Source: Mailhella sp.
GTDB taxonomy: Bacteria > Desulfobacterota > Desulfovibrionia > Desulfovibrionales > Desulfovibrionaceae
Assembly: GCA_017940105.1 (NCBI GenBank)
Contig: JAGAZG010000168.1
Span: 1,136-65,135 of the forward strand
Reading direction: 5' to 3'
DNA length: 64,000 nucleotides
The position numbers and the translations under genes are program-made. Positions within the stretch are counted from its first letter, which is position 1; each line of letters starts with the position of its first letter. The notes below the pieces were generated by a model. The model made no database searches, was not told the origin of the DNA, and saw only the letters and a program-made list of their open reading frames with translations. Positions 26,095 to 34,620 of this stretch are shown here, one piece after another.

Positions 26095-26309
26095 GCGTCC
26101 TCCTCATCATCGTCGCCAGTTTCGTCAACGAGAAGTTCATCAACTGTGCAGCCATAGAGCTTGGCTATCTCAACCAGCTTGTCTGCTCGTGGCTTTGCTA
26201 GTCCGCGTTCCCACTTGCTGACTGCCGAAGGCACCACGCCGAGAATCTTTGCGACCTCGTTCTGCGTGGGGATAACGCCTTGCAGCCGACGCTTTTTCAT
26301 TATGTTCAT
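26091..26309 (-). CDS. Cro-like XRE HTH regulator
   Basis: TQNEVAKILGVVPSAVSKWERG...P; divergent from repressor. Confidence 0.88.
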   Translation of the reverse strand: MNIMKKRRLQGVIPTQNEVAKILGVVPSAVSKWERGLAKPRADKLVEIAKLYGCTVDELLVDETGDDDEEDA

Positions 26310-26368
26310 GCGCCCACCTCCTTCGTTCATGCGTTGCTTTTTTGTAAAGTTTATGTAACTGCATTCTC

Positions 26369-26460
26369 ATCTTAACACTATAATTCATATTTGTCAACTG
26401 TAATTCAATAAGTTATGCGGAGGTTTTTTGCTTGACCATGTGAATTAAATTCATTATAAT
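26369..26460. promoter_or_regulatory. Divergent lysis/lysogeny promoters with candidate operator
   Basis: Minus TTGACA-17-TAAGAT (26397-26369); plus TTGACC-17-TATAAT (26432-26460); palindrome TGAATTAAATTCA at 26441-26453 and further AATTCA half-sites. Confidence 0.75.
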
Positions 26461-26475
26461 AGACTTAAAAGAAAG

Positions 26476-26910
26476 GTGGTGCTAACCATGAAAGACTTCG
26501 GCTCAAGACTCAGAAAGCTCCGCCGCGATGCAGAGATGTCACAAGCCGAGCTTGCTGAACAACTCGGTGTTGTGCCTTCGGCTGTCGGCAAATATGAACG
26601 TCTTGCAGATTCATACCCCAGCGTAGAAATTCTGCTGAAGATTGCTGACTACTTCAATGTCAGCACAGACTACCTCCTGCGCGGCATACAGCCCATGGCC
26701 ATCGTGGAAAACAACATCAGCGGGGAGCTTACCAACAGCCCGCTCATTCAGGCCAACCACGGCAACGTGCTGGTCAACGACCGCAGCCTGTCGCCGGAAG
26801 CCATTGAGCTTTTGCACATCTATGAGTCCCTGTCCGGCAGGGAACGTCTCAAACTGCTCAATTTTGCCGTGGATATGGAAGAAAAGAGCAAGGAAGGTGC
26901 ATCGACATGA
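26476..26910 (+). CDS. CI-like XRE HTH repressor
   Basis: RLRKLR...SQAELAEQLGV...YER...IADYFNVSTDYLL. Confidence 0.9.
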   Translation: MVLTMKDFGSRLRKLRRDAEMSQAELAEQLGVVPSAVGKYERLADSYPSVEILLKIADYFNVSTDYLLRGIQPMAIVENNISGELTNSPLIQANHGNVLVNDRSLSPEAIELLHIYESLSGRERLKLLNFAVDMEEKSKEGAST

Positions 26911-28307
26911 AACGCGCAGCCCTCTACATCCGCGTCTCAACACAGGAACAGGCTCAGGAGGGCTACTCCATCGGCGAGCAAAAAGAACGGCTGATAGCTT
27001 ATTGCAAAGCGCATGACTGGCTTATTGCCGATGTTTATGTGGACGGTGGCTACTCCGGCAGCAATCTCAACCGCCCTGGGATTCAAAAGCTCATGGACGA
27101 AACAGATAAATTCGATGTGGTGCTCGTCTACAAGCTCGATAGGCTTTCCCGCTCCCAGCGTGACACCCTCTATCTTATCGAAGAAGCATTCCTGCCCCAC
27201 AATGTCGATTTTGTCTCCATGCAGGAGAGTTTCGACACCGCCACGCCATTCGGCAAAGCTATGATAGGGCTGTTGGCTGTCTTTGCCCAACTTGAACGTG
27301 AGCAAATCAAGGAACGTACACGGATGGGCCGCATAGCAAGAGCCAAATCCGGTCTGTATCGCGGCGGTGGCAATGTCCCTATCGGCTATGATCGCACCAA
27401 CGGCAAGCTCACCATAAACCTTTACGAAGCCGAGCAGGTCAGGAAGATATTCGACTGGTATCTCGCGGGGCTTTCAATTCAACGTATAAGAAAACTCATG
27501 TCAGAGGCAGGATACACCACTCGCTATGGCAATTACAGTTCATGGTCAACAGTTCGCAGCATCCTCTGCAATGTCGTATATACAGGCCGCATGGATTTCG
27601 GAGGCGTTACCGTGGAACACGCACATGAAGCAATCATAACTGAAGAACAATTTCAAGCAGCAAGAGAACTTCAAGCCAAACGGCACCAGCATTCCTCAAA
27701 CTTCCGAACCAAAAATCTTCTTACGGGATTGCTTGTCTGCGGACATTGCGGAGGCCGATATTATGTGAAGGCCAGTAGCCATCATCGCTACTATTCATGC
27801 TACTCCCGCACCAAACATATGCCTACGATGGTCAAAGACCCAAACTGCAAAAATAAGCATTGGCGGAAAGATGACTTGGAAGCTGTCGTTGACCATAAGG
27901 TTCGCGAGGTTCTACAATCTCCCAAACTTGCTGCCGAGATTGCTGCATCTCGCAAGCCGGAGCCAGTTTTATCCAGCAAGAATGCCGACATCGAAAAACG
28001 AATCAAAGCCATCGACAAACAAATTGCCAAACTGATGGAGCTATATCAGCTTGACGACATACCACCAAACGTGCTTGGCGAAAGCATCAACAAGCTCTAC
28101 AATGAAAAGACCGCCTTGGAAGCAGCCATCGTCCCAGACAAAGAAAACCCCCAGTCGATTCCTTTTGACTTGGCCCAGGAACTCATTGCCGATGCCGCCC
28201 AGGTCTGGGACTTCGCCGATAAAGCACAGAAACGCCGCATTCTGGAAAGCCTTGTTTCCCGCATTGTCCTGAATGGTGACGATGTTACAATCGAATGGGC
28301 CTTTTGA
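26907..28307 (+). CDS. Large serine recombinase (integrase)
   Basis: YIRVST catalytic Ser, DRLSR, recombinase domain, zinc ribbon (CGHCG...YYSC), coiled coil. Confidence 0.96.
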   Translation: MKRAALYIRVSTQEQAQEGYSIGEQKERLIAYCKAHDWLIADVYVDGGYSGSNLNRPGIQKLMDETDKFDVVLVYKLDRLSRSQRDTLYLIEEAFLPHNVDFVSMQESFDTATPFGKAMIGLLAVFAQLEREQIKERTRMGRIARAKSGLYRGGGNVPIGYDRTNGKLTINLYEAEQVRKIFDWYLAGLSIQRIRKLMSEAGYTTRYGNYSSWSTVRSILCNVVYTGRMDFGGVTVEHAHEAIITEEQFQAARELQAKRHQHSSNFRTKNLLTGLLVCGHCGGRYYVKASSHHRYYSCYSRTKHMPTMVKDPNCKNKHWRKDDLEAVVDHKVREVLQSPKLAAEIAASRKPEPVLSSKNADIEKRIKAIDKQIAKLMELYQLDDIPPNVLGESINKLYNEKTALEAAIVPDKENPQSIPFDLAQELIADAAQVWDFADKAQKRRILESLVSRIVLNGDDVTIEWAF

Positions 28308-28380
28308 TGGCACAAAAAAAAATCCGCAGCAGGATACTGTCCCGCTGCGGATTTCCATGCGCTTTCCGAACAGATAACTC

Positions 28381-28545
28381 TCAGCCCTCCCTGTCCTTGA
28401 TGATGTCCCTGAACACCATCGCCGCCACGCCGATTACTATGCCGTTTATCAGTATCTCCACGACTTGCTTCGTGAAACCAAACAGCATAAAAGTCGGCAG
28501 AGCCAGCAGGACAGGAATGACATACAGCAGATGAATTCGCCGCAT
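28381..28545 (-). CDS. Small two-helix membrane protein
   Basis: GGGAGG RBS before MRRIHLLYVIPVLL... Confidence 0.55.
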   Translation of the reverse strand: MRRIHLLYVIPVLLALPTFMLFGFTKQVVEILINGIVIGVAAMVFRDIIKDREG

Positions 28546-28580
28546 TTGCAAATTCCTCCCTTCTATGCTATGATTTTTCC

Positions 28581-28687
28581 AGCCAAAGGGGAACTTCCTT
28601 GTTCCCCTCGGCTGGCCCCTCACCCCAGATTAGCGTTTGTGCTTCCTATGGCGGTTACGCTTCCTCTTGGGTGAGGCTTTTTTGTTT
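28581..28687 (+). ncRNA. Candidate antisense antitoxin RNA
   Basis: Promoter TTGCAA-17-TATGAT (28546-28574); long hairpin CCTCACCC/GGGTGAGG plus U-tract; overlaps the 3' end of 28630-28782. Confidence 0.5.
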
Positions 28688-28782
28688 GGTGGCCTGTGCT
28701 TTCGTGCTATCAGAGCTACCGCGATAGTAACTACTGCGTTCACAAGTAAACCGACCAGCCATTTGATGTCGTCCTTATCCAT
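28630..28782 (-). CDS. Candidate type I toxin (50 aa, not in ORF track)
   Basis: AAAGGAGGTG RBS; MDKDDIKWLVGLLVNAVVTIAVALIARKHRPPNKKASPKRKRNRHRKHKR: one TM helix plus basic tail; promoter repeat at 28816-28843. Confidence 0.65.
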   Translation of the reverse strand: MDKDDIKWLVGLLVNAVVTIAVALIARKHRPPNKKASPKRKRNRHRKHKR

Positions 28783-28875
28783 TTGCTTTCACCTCCTTTC
28801 CTTGTCCTCATCTTCATTCTAACACGCTAACCGTATATTGCAATAGTTTTTTCTAAAAATTTTTCTGAAAAATCT

Positions 28876-29078
28876 AAATGTCCACGGGCTGAAAAATTCT
28901 GCTCTCTGGATGCTTTCTGGTACGCTTCTGGTCTATTTTGCGTCAATGGCCTAAAGAAGAATATACGAAAATTATTTTTGCGCCGTATAAACGATATTCT
29001 CTGAGCCTTTGTGTGGTAAGGGATTGCGGGCTGTGGATAAGTTTGTGGACAACGGTGTGTTCACCGGGAAAGCACACA
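28876..29078 (-). repeat. ~200-bp dispersed non-coding element, copy C
   Basis: Homologous to copies A and B; contains TGTGGATAA and TGTGGACAA. Confidence 0.9.
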
Positions 29079-29123
29079 AAAAGCCCCACGACCGAGGAAA
29101 ATTCCTCAGCCGTGGGGCTTTTC
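29078..29123. terminator. Bidirectional-looking terminator ending the late operon
   Basis: AAAAGCCCCACG...CGTGGGGCTTTT. Confidence 0.7.
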
Positions 29124-29127
29124 TGCT

Positions 29128-29319
29128 TCAATACTCAATCTCTGTCCTGACATGACGCTTCTCGTCATCGAAGAAAATTCTGCCATCCTCGATACTGTCA
29201 TACCTTGGAAACGTCCTCGCTAGAGATTCATCCGGGCGACTCGACCTCCGCAGGATGTCCCGCACATTTTGCTTCTCGCGGGTTGTCAACGGGGTCTTCG
29301 AGTACACTACTACTTTCAT
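29128..29319 (-). CDS. Small hypothetical protein (paralog of 29781-29975)
   Basis: Shared V.S..PL...K.....IL..S......LA..FP...IFFD..KR...TEI pattern. Confidence 0.6.
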   Translation of the reverse strand: MKVVVYSKTPLTTREKQNVRDILRRSSRPDESLARTFPRYDSIEDGRIFFDDEKRHVRTEIEY

Positions 29320-29498
29320 CTGGCGATGCCTCCCTCTGCTGTCCTCGGCGCAACTCCTTGTCGGGATCTGCCTCGAACAGCCTTCTCTCTATCTCCGGGC
29401 GCATATCGGCGAACAGGCCATCCTCGTCCGCCGCCAGCGCACCCATAACCTTGTCTGCAAACAAGACCCATGCACGGCTGTCCATGCTATGCGCCTCC

Positions 29499-29774
29499 TT
29501 ACAAATGCTTCACACGCTGGCTTTCCTCGGCTCTTTTGGCATTGTTCCATCTGTCGATAGTCCCGACCAAATAGCCTGTGATGCGCCTGATGCGCTCGAA
29601 CTTTGCCCTTGCCTCAAAATCCAGCATCACACAACCGCCCTCCACTCCCGTGATGGTGAGTTTCGTGAGCGGCGTCACAGTTCGCTCCTTCGCCAAGGCA
29701 AGGTACTGCCTTATTTCATCTTCCGTGATGTCCGGCACGTCCTCCACGATAATAATCACACCGTCGATACGCAT
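29499..29774 (-). CDS. Small NrdD C-terminal-like (glycyl-radical loop) protein
   Basis: KFERIRRITGYLVGTIDRWNNAKRAEESQRVKH. Confidence 0.75.
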   Translation of the reverse strand: MRIDGVIIIVEDVPDITEDEIRQYLALAKERTVTPLTKLTITGVEGGCVMLDFEARAKFERIRRITGYLVGTIDRWNNAKRAEESQRVKHL

Positions 29775-29780
29775 AGCGCC

Positions 29781-29975
29781 TCACCCCTTGATTTCCGTAC
29801 ACCAGCGTCGCTTTCCCGCATCGAAGAAGATGTTGCTCCCCTTCCTGCGCTTGAACCGTGACGGGAAAACATTCGCCAAGTCCCTATCCATACTTCGTGA
29901 ATTCTCAAGGATATAACTGATTTTCCGCTTGTCTTCCTCGGACAGCGGCATAGCCGACCAAACCTTCGTATTCAT
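29781..29975 (-). CDS. Small hypothetical protein
   Basis: GAGGTG RBS; paralog of 29128-29319. Confidence 0.6.
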   Translation of the reverse strand: MNTKVWSAMPLSEEDKRKISYILENSRSMDRDLANVFPSRFKRRKGSNIFFDAGKRRWCTEIKG

Positions 29976-29979
29976 GCGC

Positions 29980-31386
29980 TCACCTCAGATACTTGTCTGC
30001 CGTAGCCAGGAATGCGATGGCTGCGTCCTCTGTGTAACCCTGTTTCAGCAGGTAGTCTATATCGTTCTGTTCGTAGGGCTTTCCATTCGGAGCAATGCGT
30101 CCCTTCTGCGTATACTTCGGTTCTTTGGACAAAAGCTCGATTGCATCATCCACAGTGTAGCCATGCCCCACGAGGTACTTGATGTCGTTTTCCTCATAGG
30201 CAGCTCCGTTGGGAGCCAGGGTTACGCAAGACGTGCTCCCAGCATCGCCCACAATTTCTGCTGCTGTCCGGGTACTCTGCCCTTGTACCATGTGTCCAGC
30301 CCCGTAAGACTTGGTTCCCGTGGCGACATAGCCCCACACGTTTTCTGCACCATAATCTCCGGCGATGGAGGACTTCACGATACGGTTACGGCTCGAACTG
30401 TTGCCCCAATAATCACCATCACCTGTGGCAATCACCACATGGTCTGGGCCATCAGAGCGACAGTAATTTGTTTCGAGAAGGCAGATGTCACCCATCACGC
30501 CGCCTTCCTCCGGCTCTTTCCACAGACCGTTAGCCTTGGCATAATCCATCAGGTTTGGAACCCACATCAGGTTTCCTTGCGAACCATCCTCCATGAGCTT
30601 GCCCATAAAATGATTCGCATGGAGCAGGAAATCACGCACCCAGGCAGTACAGCCGTTGTTGCCGTAGCCCTGCGACCCGACACGGCTGTCCGCATAAGCA
30701 GCCGCAGACGGAATATTGCTCGCTGAATATTTGTCCGTGGTATCAAGAAAAGACAAGGCATCAGCACGGGTATAGCCATTGTTCAGCAGGTACTGGATAT
30801 CATTGTCATCATAAGGCTGACCATTCGGGGCAATCTCCCTCGTGTCCTCCTGCTTGCTGACTGCATTGATACCGGCATACCGCATGATACCTTCCGCTAT
30901 GGCCTTGGCAAACGCTTCCTGCCGATCACGAAGGGCTGCATTATCTGTAAACTCGTCGATGAACGCAGTCTCCACAAGGATGGCTGGCATATCCGTTCGC
31001 TTCAAAACGCAAAGACCAGGACGCTCCTTGAGTCCACGGTCAACTGTACCAATCTGTGCGATGAGCTTTTCCTGTACCGCTTCTCCTAAAGCAGACCCCT
31101 GTGTTCCAAGTCGATACACGCAAGTCTCTGTCCCCTTTGCGACACCATTGAACGCATTACAATGAATGCTCACGAACAAATCTGCATCCCACTCGTTTGC
31201 CACATCAGGAACACCGTAAAGGTCGTCCGTTTGCAGGAGATATGTTTCTACTCCCGCCGCATTCAACTTTTCTGTGACCATCGCGCCGACATTTGCAGCT
31301 ACGTCCGACTCCCGCAAGCCATAACCACAAGCTCCGGGGTCTGGGTTGCCATTCAAAGCATGGCCGGGATTGATGAACACTTTCAT
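29980..31386 (-). CDS. Endolysin: Amidase_3 plus second putative catalytic domain and repeats
   Basis: FINPGH, RESD, FVSIHCN, AILVETAFID; three APNG.PY..NDI.YL...GYT repeats. Confidence 0.9.
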   Translation of the reverse strand: MKVFINPGHALNGNPDPGACGYGLRESDVAANVGAMVTEKLNAAGVETYLLQTDDLYGVPDVANEWDADLFVSIHCNAFNGVAKGTETCVYRLGTQGSALGEAVQEKLIAQIGTVDRGLKERPGLCVLKRTDMPAILVETAFIDEFTDNAALRDRQEAFAKAIAEGIMRYAGINAVSKQEDTREIAPNGQPYDDNDIQYLLNNGYTRADALSFLDTTDKYSASNIPSAAAYADSRVGSQGYGNNGCTAWVRDFLLHANHFMGKLMEDGSQGNLMWVPNLMDYAKANGLWKEPEEGGVMGDICLLETNYCRSDGPDHVVIATGDGDYWGNSSSRNRIVKSSIAGDYGAENVWGYVATGTKSYGAGHMVQGQSTRTAAEIVGDAGSTSCVTLAPNGAAYEENDIKYLVGHGYTVDDAIELLSKEPKYTQKGRIAPNGKPYEQNDIDYLLKQGYTEDAAIAFLATADKYLR

Positions 31387-31461
31387 TTCTCTCACCTGTT
31401 CCCTTTCTACCGTTTTGGTTCTTATCACATCATAAAAACCAAATCAGGCTTCTTTTGGTTC

Positions 31462-31758
31462 TTACTTATTCGGCTTGAACGTATCTTTCAGATTATCCAC
31501 GACATCTGCAATTTGCTGTCCCTGAGCTGCCACGTTTGCGACCTGCCCTAATGTCTGGCTGACTTGGCTCTGTTGTAACTGTGCTCTTTCCGCCAGTCCT
31601 TTGCCAGTCAGCACACCGACCAAACCGCTGATAATGCCAATGGGAATTTCTGTTCCCACACTAGCTCCCGACTTATAGGACAACAGCACCCATCCGATAA
31701 TAGCTATTACGCCCATGACCACCAAGCCCCAGGCTATCACAGTATTCATGTCTTTCAT
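31462..31758 (-). CDS. Putative holin
   Basis: Two TM segments, directly upstream of endolysin. Confidence 0.65.
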   Translation of the reverse strand: MKDMNTVIAWGLVVMGVIAIIGWVLLSYKSGASVGTEIPIGIISGLVGVLTGKGLAERAQLQQSQVSQTLGQVANVAAQGQQIADVVDNLKDTFKPNK

Positions 31759-32189
31759 TTCTCGCCACCCCTTTTTCTTTCTCCCATCGGAAAAGTTCTG
31801 GTAATGCGAGCGAGCAAATCAGGAGCCATATCGCCCTTGTGCTCGCAGTTACAGAAATGAGCAAACTCGTTGATACGCTCGTCCACAAGGTCAAGTCTTC
31901 TGTGCATGGCATCCACTTTGGCATTAAGAACAGCAATCCTTTCACTCATTTCTGCTTGCTGGCGAATGGCTTGCTCGCAAATGCTCTCCATTTTACTGAT
32001 GGAGTTTTCCAATCGCTCCATGTTGCGATTCATGGACTTTTCCATCGAATTAACGCTGACGCGAATGGGGTCAACCAACGGCTCCACATAGTCTTCTTTC
32101 AAATGCCGTGAAAACCGCCACTCAAAAACGAGGATGGCGCAGATACCGCTGACTGCCCCGCTAAGTACCGTGACAATCTCTCTTTCCAT
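31755..32189 (-). CDS. Membrane-anchored coiled-coil lysis-cassette protein
   Basis: N-terminal TM helix followed by a long coiled coil. Confidence 0.6.
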   Translation of the reverse strand: MEREIVTVLSGAVSGICAILVFEWRFSRHLKEDYVEPLVDPIRVSVNSMEKSMNRNMERLENSISKMESICEQAIRQQAEMSERIAVLNAKVDAMHRRLDLVDERINEFAHFCNCEHKGDMAPDLLARITRTFPMGERKRGGEK

Positions 32190-32289
32190 TGTCCTCCACC
32201 TCCCTCACCATGTCTTATGCACCAGCCTATACAAAAAACGGCGGCAGCATCCATACATGATGCCGCCGCCGTCCTGAATCTCTGTCGCC

Positions 32290-32466
32290 TTATTCCTTCG
32301 GAATCTTGGACTTTACTTCCTCGCAGAACGCGAAGAACTCCTCATAGGCTTCCGGCTTGGTGTCCTTCTGCCGAAGAATTGCAATCTGGTCGTCAATGCT
32401 GTAACGAGTATTGATGACGGCTGCAATTTCCTGTTCACGGGTCAGTTTGCTTTCCTGAGTTTCCAT
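32290..32466 (-). CDS. Small phage protein (58 aa, not in ORF track)
   Basis: GGAGG RBS; METQESKLTREQEIAAVINTRYSIDDQIAILRQKDTKPEAYEEF...; terminator hairpin at 32232-32272. Confidence 0.65.
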   Translation of the reverse strand: METQESKLTREQEIAAVINTRYSIDDQIAILRQKDTKPEAYEEFFAFCEEVKSKIPKE

Positions 32467-33692
32467 GTCTGTTTCCTCCGTTTCTTTATAACGCAGACCG
32501 GGGCGGACACCCCAAACAGCGTCTTAAATAACACATCCATACGTCTGGCGGCTATCACACCGCCACGACGGATTGCATGGCCTTTCCACGATGCGTGGGA
32601 ATTCGCCGCTTCTGCCAGCGTCAGCTTGCCCTCAGCCACCCTCGCAACGAACTTCTTCAGCTTCCTTCTTTGACGAATGATGCTGTCCCTCGCCATGCGT
32701 CGCTTAACCTTGCCTGTTTCTGTCAAGGTTAGCAACACTTTCAAAAACCGAAGGCCATGCCGCAACTTGACGATATGCGTCTTCTTCTGGTTGACCTCTA
32801 TCCCATAGAAGGAACAAGCCCCTACCAGTTCCCGGACAGCTTTTCTCGCCTCGGCTTTTGTGCGAAACAGCATATAGCCGTCATCCATGTAGCGTCCGTA
32901 AAAACGAACACGCATCCGCTCCTTGACGAAGTGGTCGATGGCTGACGGGTATGCCACTGCCGTTATCTGCGATACTTGGCTTCCTAAACCAAGGCTTCGC
33001 CCCGTATACCCTTCCAGCACATTTTCACGCCTGACACGTTTGTAGGCGATACGGCTGTTCGGGTGTCCGAATGGCAGGACAAACTGCTCCAACAGATGCA
33101 GGATGCGTGAGTCAGAAAACTCTTTCCCATACATCCGAAAGCAATAACTGTGCAGGATGCGGTCAAAGAACTTCGAGAAGTCAAAGACCACGGCCCAGCC
33201 ATCGTTCGAGAAACCATTCTTCCGATAGAACTGCTGCAAATGCGCTGTCAGCCGATCAAGCGCCTGGTCAACGCCTCGTCCTTCGAGGCAAGCACCGTTG
33301 TCATAGATAAGACCCCGGCGCAGCATGGGGACGAGAACATTGTCGCAAGTTGCTCTCTGGATAACCCGCTCCGAGAAATGGATGCTGCGTATGTGACGCA
33401 CTTTGCCACGTTCCTTGGTGTCGAACTCCACGAAGCCCTTCGTGATGTCCCGTCCACGTTCCAAGGCTTCTCTCGCAAGCTCCATATTCCTGAGAAGGTT
33501 CATCTGGTATCGCTGGACACTTGCTTTCCAAGTGACGTTCCTTCTGGACTTCCTGTTTGCCGCGAAAAGAGCACGGTAGCTTGTAATGCTCGAAAAATCG
33601 TCGCATCGTGCATATCTTGCCCTTTTCTTTTCCTCTCTCGCGGCCTTTCGGCGCTGGTATCTTCCTTCGCGCCGCCGCTCAAGCGATGTCAC
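32442..33692 (-). CDS. DGR reverse transcriptase
   Basis: FDFSKFFD, GLGSQVSQ, YGRYMDD; adjacent TR, avd and VR. Confidence 0.95.
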   Translation of the reverse strand: MTSLERRREGRYQRRKAAREEKKRARYARCDDFSSITSYRALFAANRKSRRNVTWKASVQRYQMNLLRNMELAREALERGRDITKGFVEFDTKERGKVRHIRSIHFSERVIQRATCDNVLVPMLRRGLIYDNGACLEGRGVDQALDRLTAHLQQFYRKNGFSNDGWAVVFDFSKFFDRILHSYCFRMYGKEFSDSRILHLLEQFVLPFGHPNSRIAYKRVRRENVLEGYTGRSLGLGSQVSQITAVAYPSAIDHFVKERMRVRFYGRYMDDGYMLFRTKAEARKAVRELVGACSFYGIEVNQKKTHIVKLRHGLRFLKVLLTLTETGKVKRRMARDSIIRQRRKLKKFVARVAEGKLTLAEAANSHASWKGHAIRRGGVIAARRMDVLFKTLFGVSAPVCVIKKRRKQTWKLRKAN

Positions 33693-33968
33693 GATATAGT
33701 TGCCCCCTTGGGCCTCGTGTACGGCAAACCGTCCCTATGGGGCGTGTGCGTCCTAGAACAGCCGCGTAGCGTCACCGGGCATGGAGCAGAGGCAGGTACG
33801 CACCGGAATCCTCTGCCATGCACGAAAGCGTCCGCCCGGACGCATCACGAGGCATATTTACCCTTTTGCTTGGGAAGGTCATGCGCTCCTTCCAATGATT
33901 TCTTTGAATGGTACTGCGTTCGGCCCTTTGCGGGCTTACTTGGCCTGACCCAGCCTTTCGACTATCTT

Positions 33969-34102
33969 GGAATCACAGCGGCGCCCGAATGCCCGTGTTG
34001 CTGGCGTTGTTGTTGTTGGCGTTGCCGTTGTTGTTGACGTTGCAGAAGTTCGTGGCATTCGTCCGGTTAGCAGACAACTCCCACCAGTTGCACCGGGAAC
34101 CA
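33969..34102 (-). repeat. DGR template repeat (TR)
   Basis: 134-nt ungapped match to the VR; AAC-rich; all 20 mismatches at TR adenines. Confidence 0.96.
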
Positions 34103-34139
34103 ACCAGCAAAAATGCAGCGCATGGCCTGTATGCCGTTT

Positions 34140-34559
34140 TCACGGCTGAAATTGCTTGATGAACTTGGCACTGTCCGCCTTGCGCCAGCCCCGAAGGAGC
34201 TGGGCTTCCTTGACAAGCAGCTCGGTCACAGACTGGAACTTGTCAGGACTGACGGAAAGCGTCGTAAGCATGAACTGAAGGAGCTGAAATATCTGCTCCA
34301 CCGTGATGATCGCCTGTGTCTGGTAGTCCCTGCGCATCTCCGCTTCCCGCAAATTCTGCGGGTAGATGCTGTTCGCTGCTGTGATGTTGTCCATCAGGCG
34401 AATGACCCTCTCCACCATCGGAAAGGTGAAGACAGGCCGCCACCTCTTTGGCACGATTTTCTCACTCATCACGAACCGTGTCAGCTCCGCCCGTATCAAG
34501 GTCGCAGTATGGTAGAACTCCAAATGGCTCTCACTTCGGTTTCGCTTCAACACGCTCAT
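34140..34559 (-). CDS. avd: DGR accessory variability determinant (Avd-like)
   Basis: 139-aa helical protein between target and TR, ends LLRGWRKAD. Confidence 0.82.
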   Translation of the reverse strand: MSVLKRNRSESHLEFYHTATLIRAELTRFVMSEKIVPKRWRPVFTFPMVERVIRLMDNITAANSIYPQNLREAEMRRDYQTQAIITVEQIFQLLQFMLTTLSVSPDKFQSVTELLVKEAQLLRGWRKADSAKFIKQFQP

Positions 34560-34585
34560 AGTTCTGCTCCTCCGTTCTTGGTCGA

Positions 34586-34618
34586 TACTAACCGCCCCAC
34601 ATGGGGGCGGGAGTTAGT
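34586..34618 (-). promoter_or_regulatory. DGR target-recognition hairpin downstream of VR
   Basis: GC stem CCGCCCC/GGGGCGG with outer ACTAA/TTAGT, just after the target stop codon. Confidence 0.7.
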
Positions 34619-34620
34619 GA

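Noticed and set aside
28308-28380. attP downstream of the recombinase
   Set aside because: The only dyad is a GC hairpin with an A-tract, better explained as a terminator
29228-29485. 85-aa ORF as annotated
   Set aside because: Has an RBS but overlaps 29128-29319 by about 90 nt; boundaries too uncertain to list
32442-33692. Group II intron or retron RT
   Set aside because: TR/VR pair and avd identify a DGR
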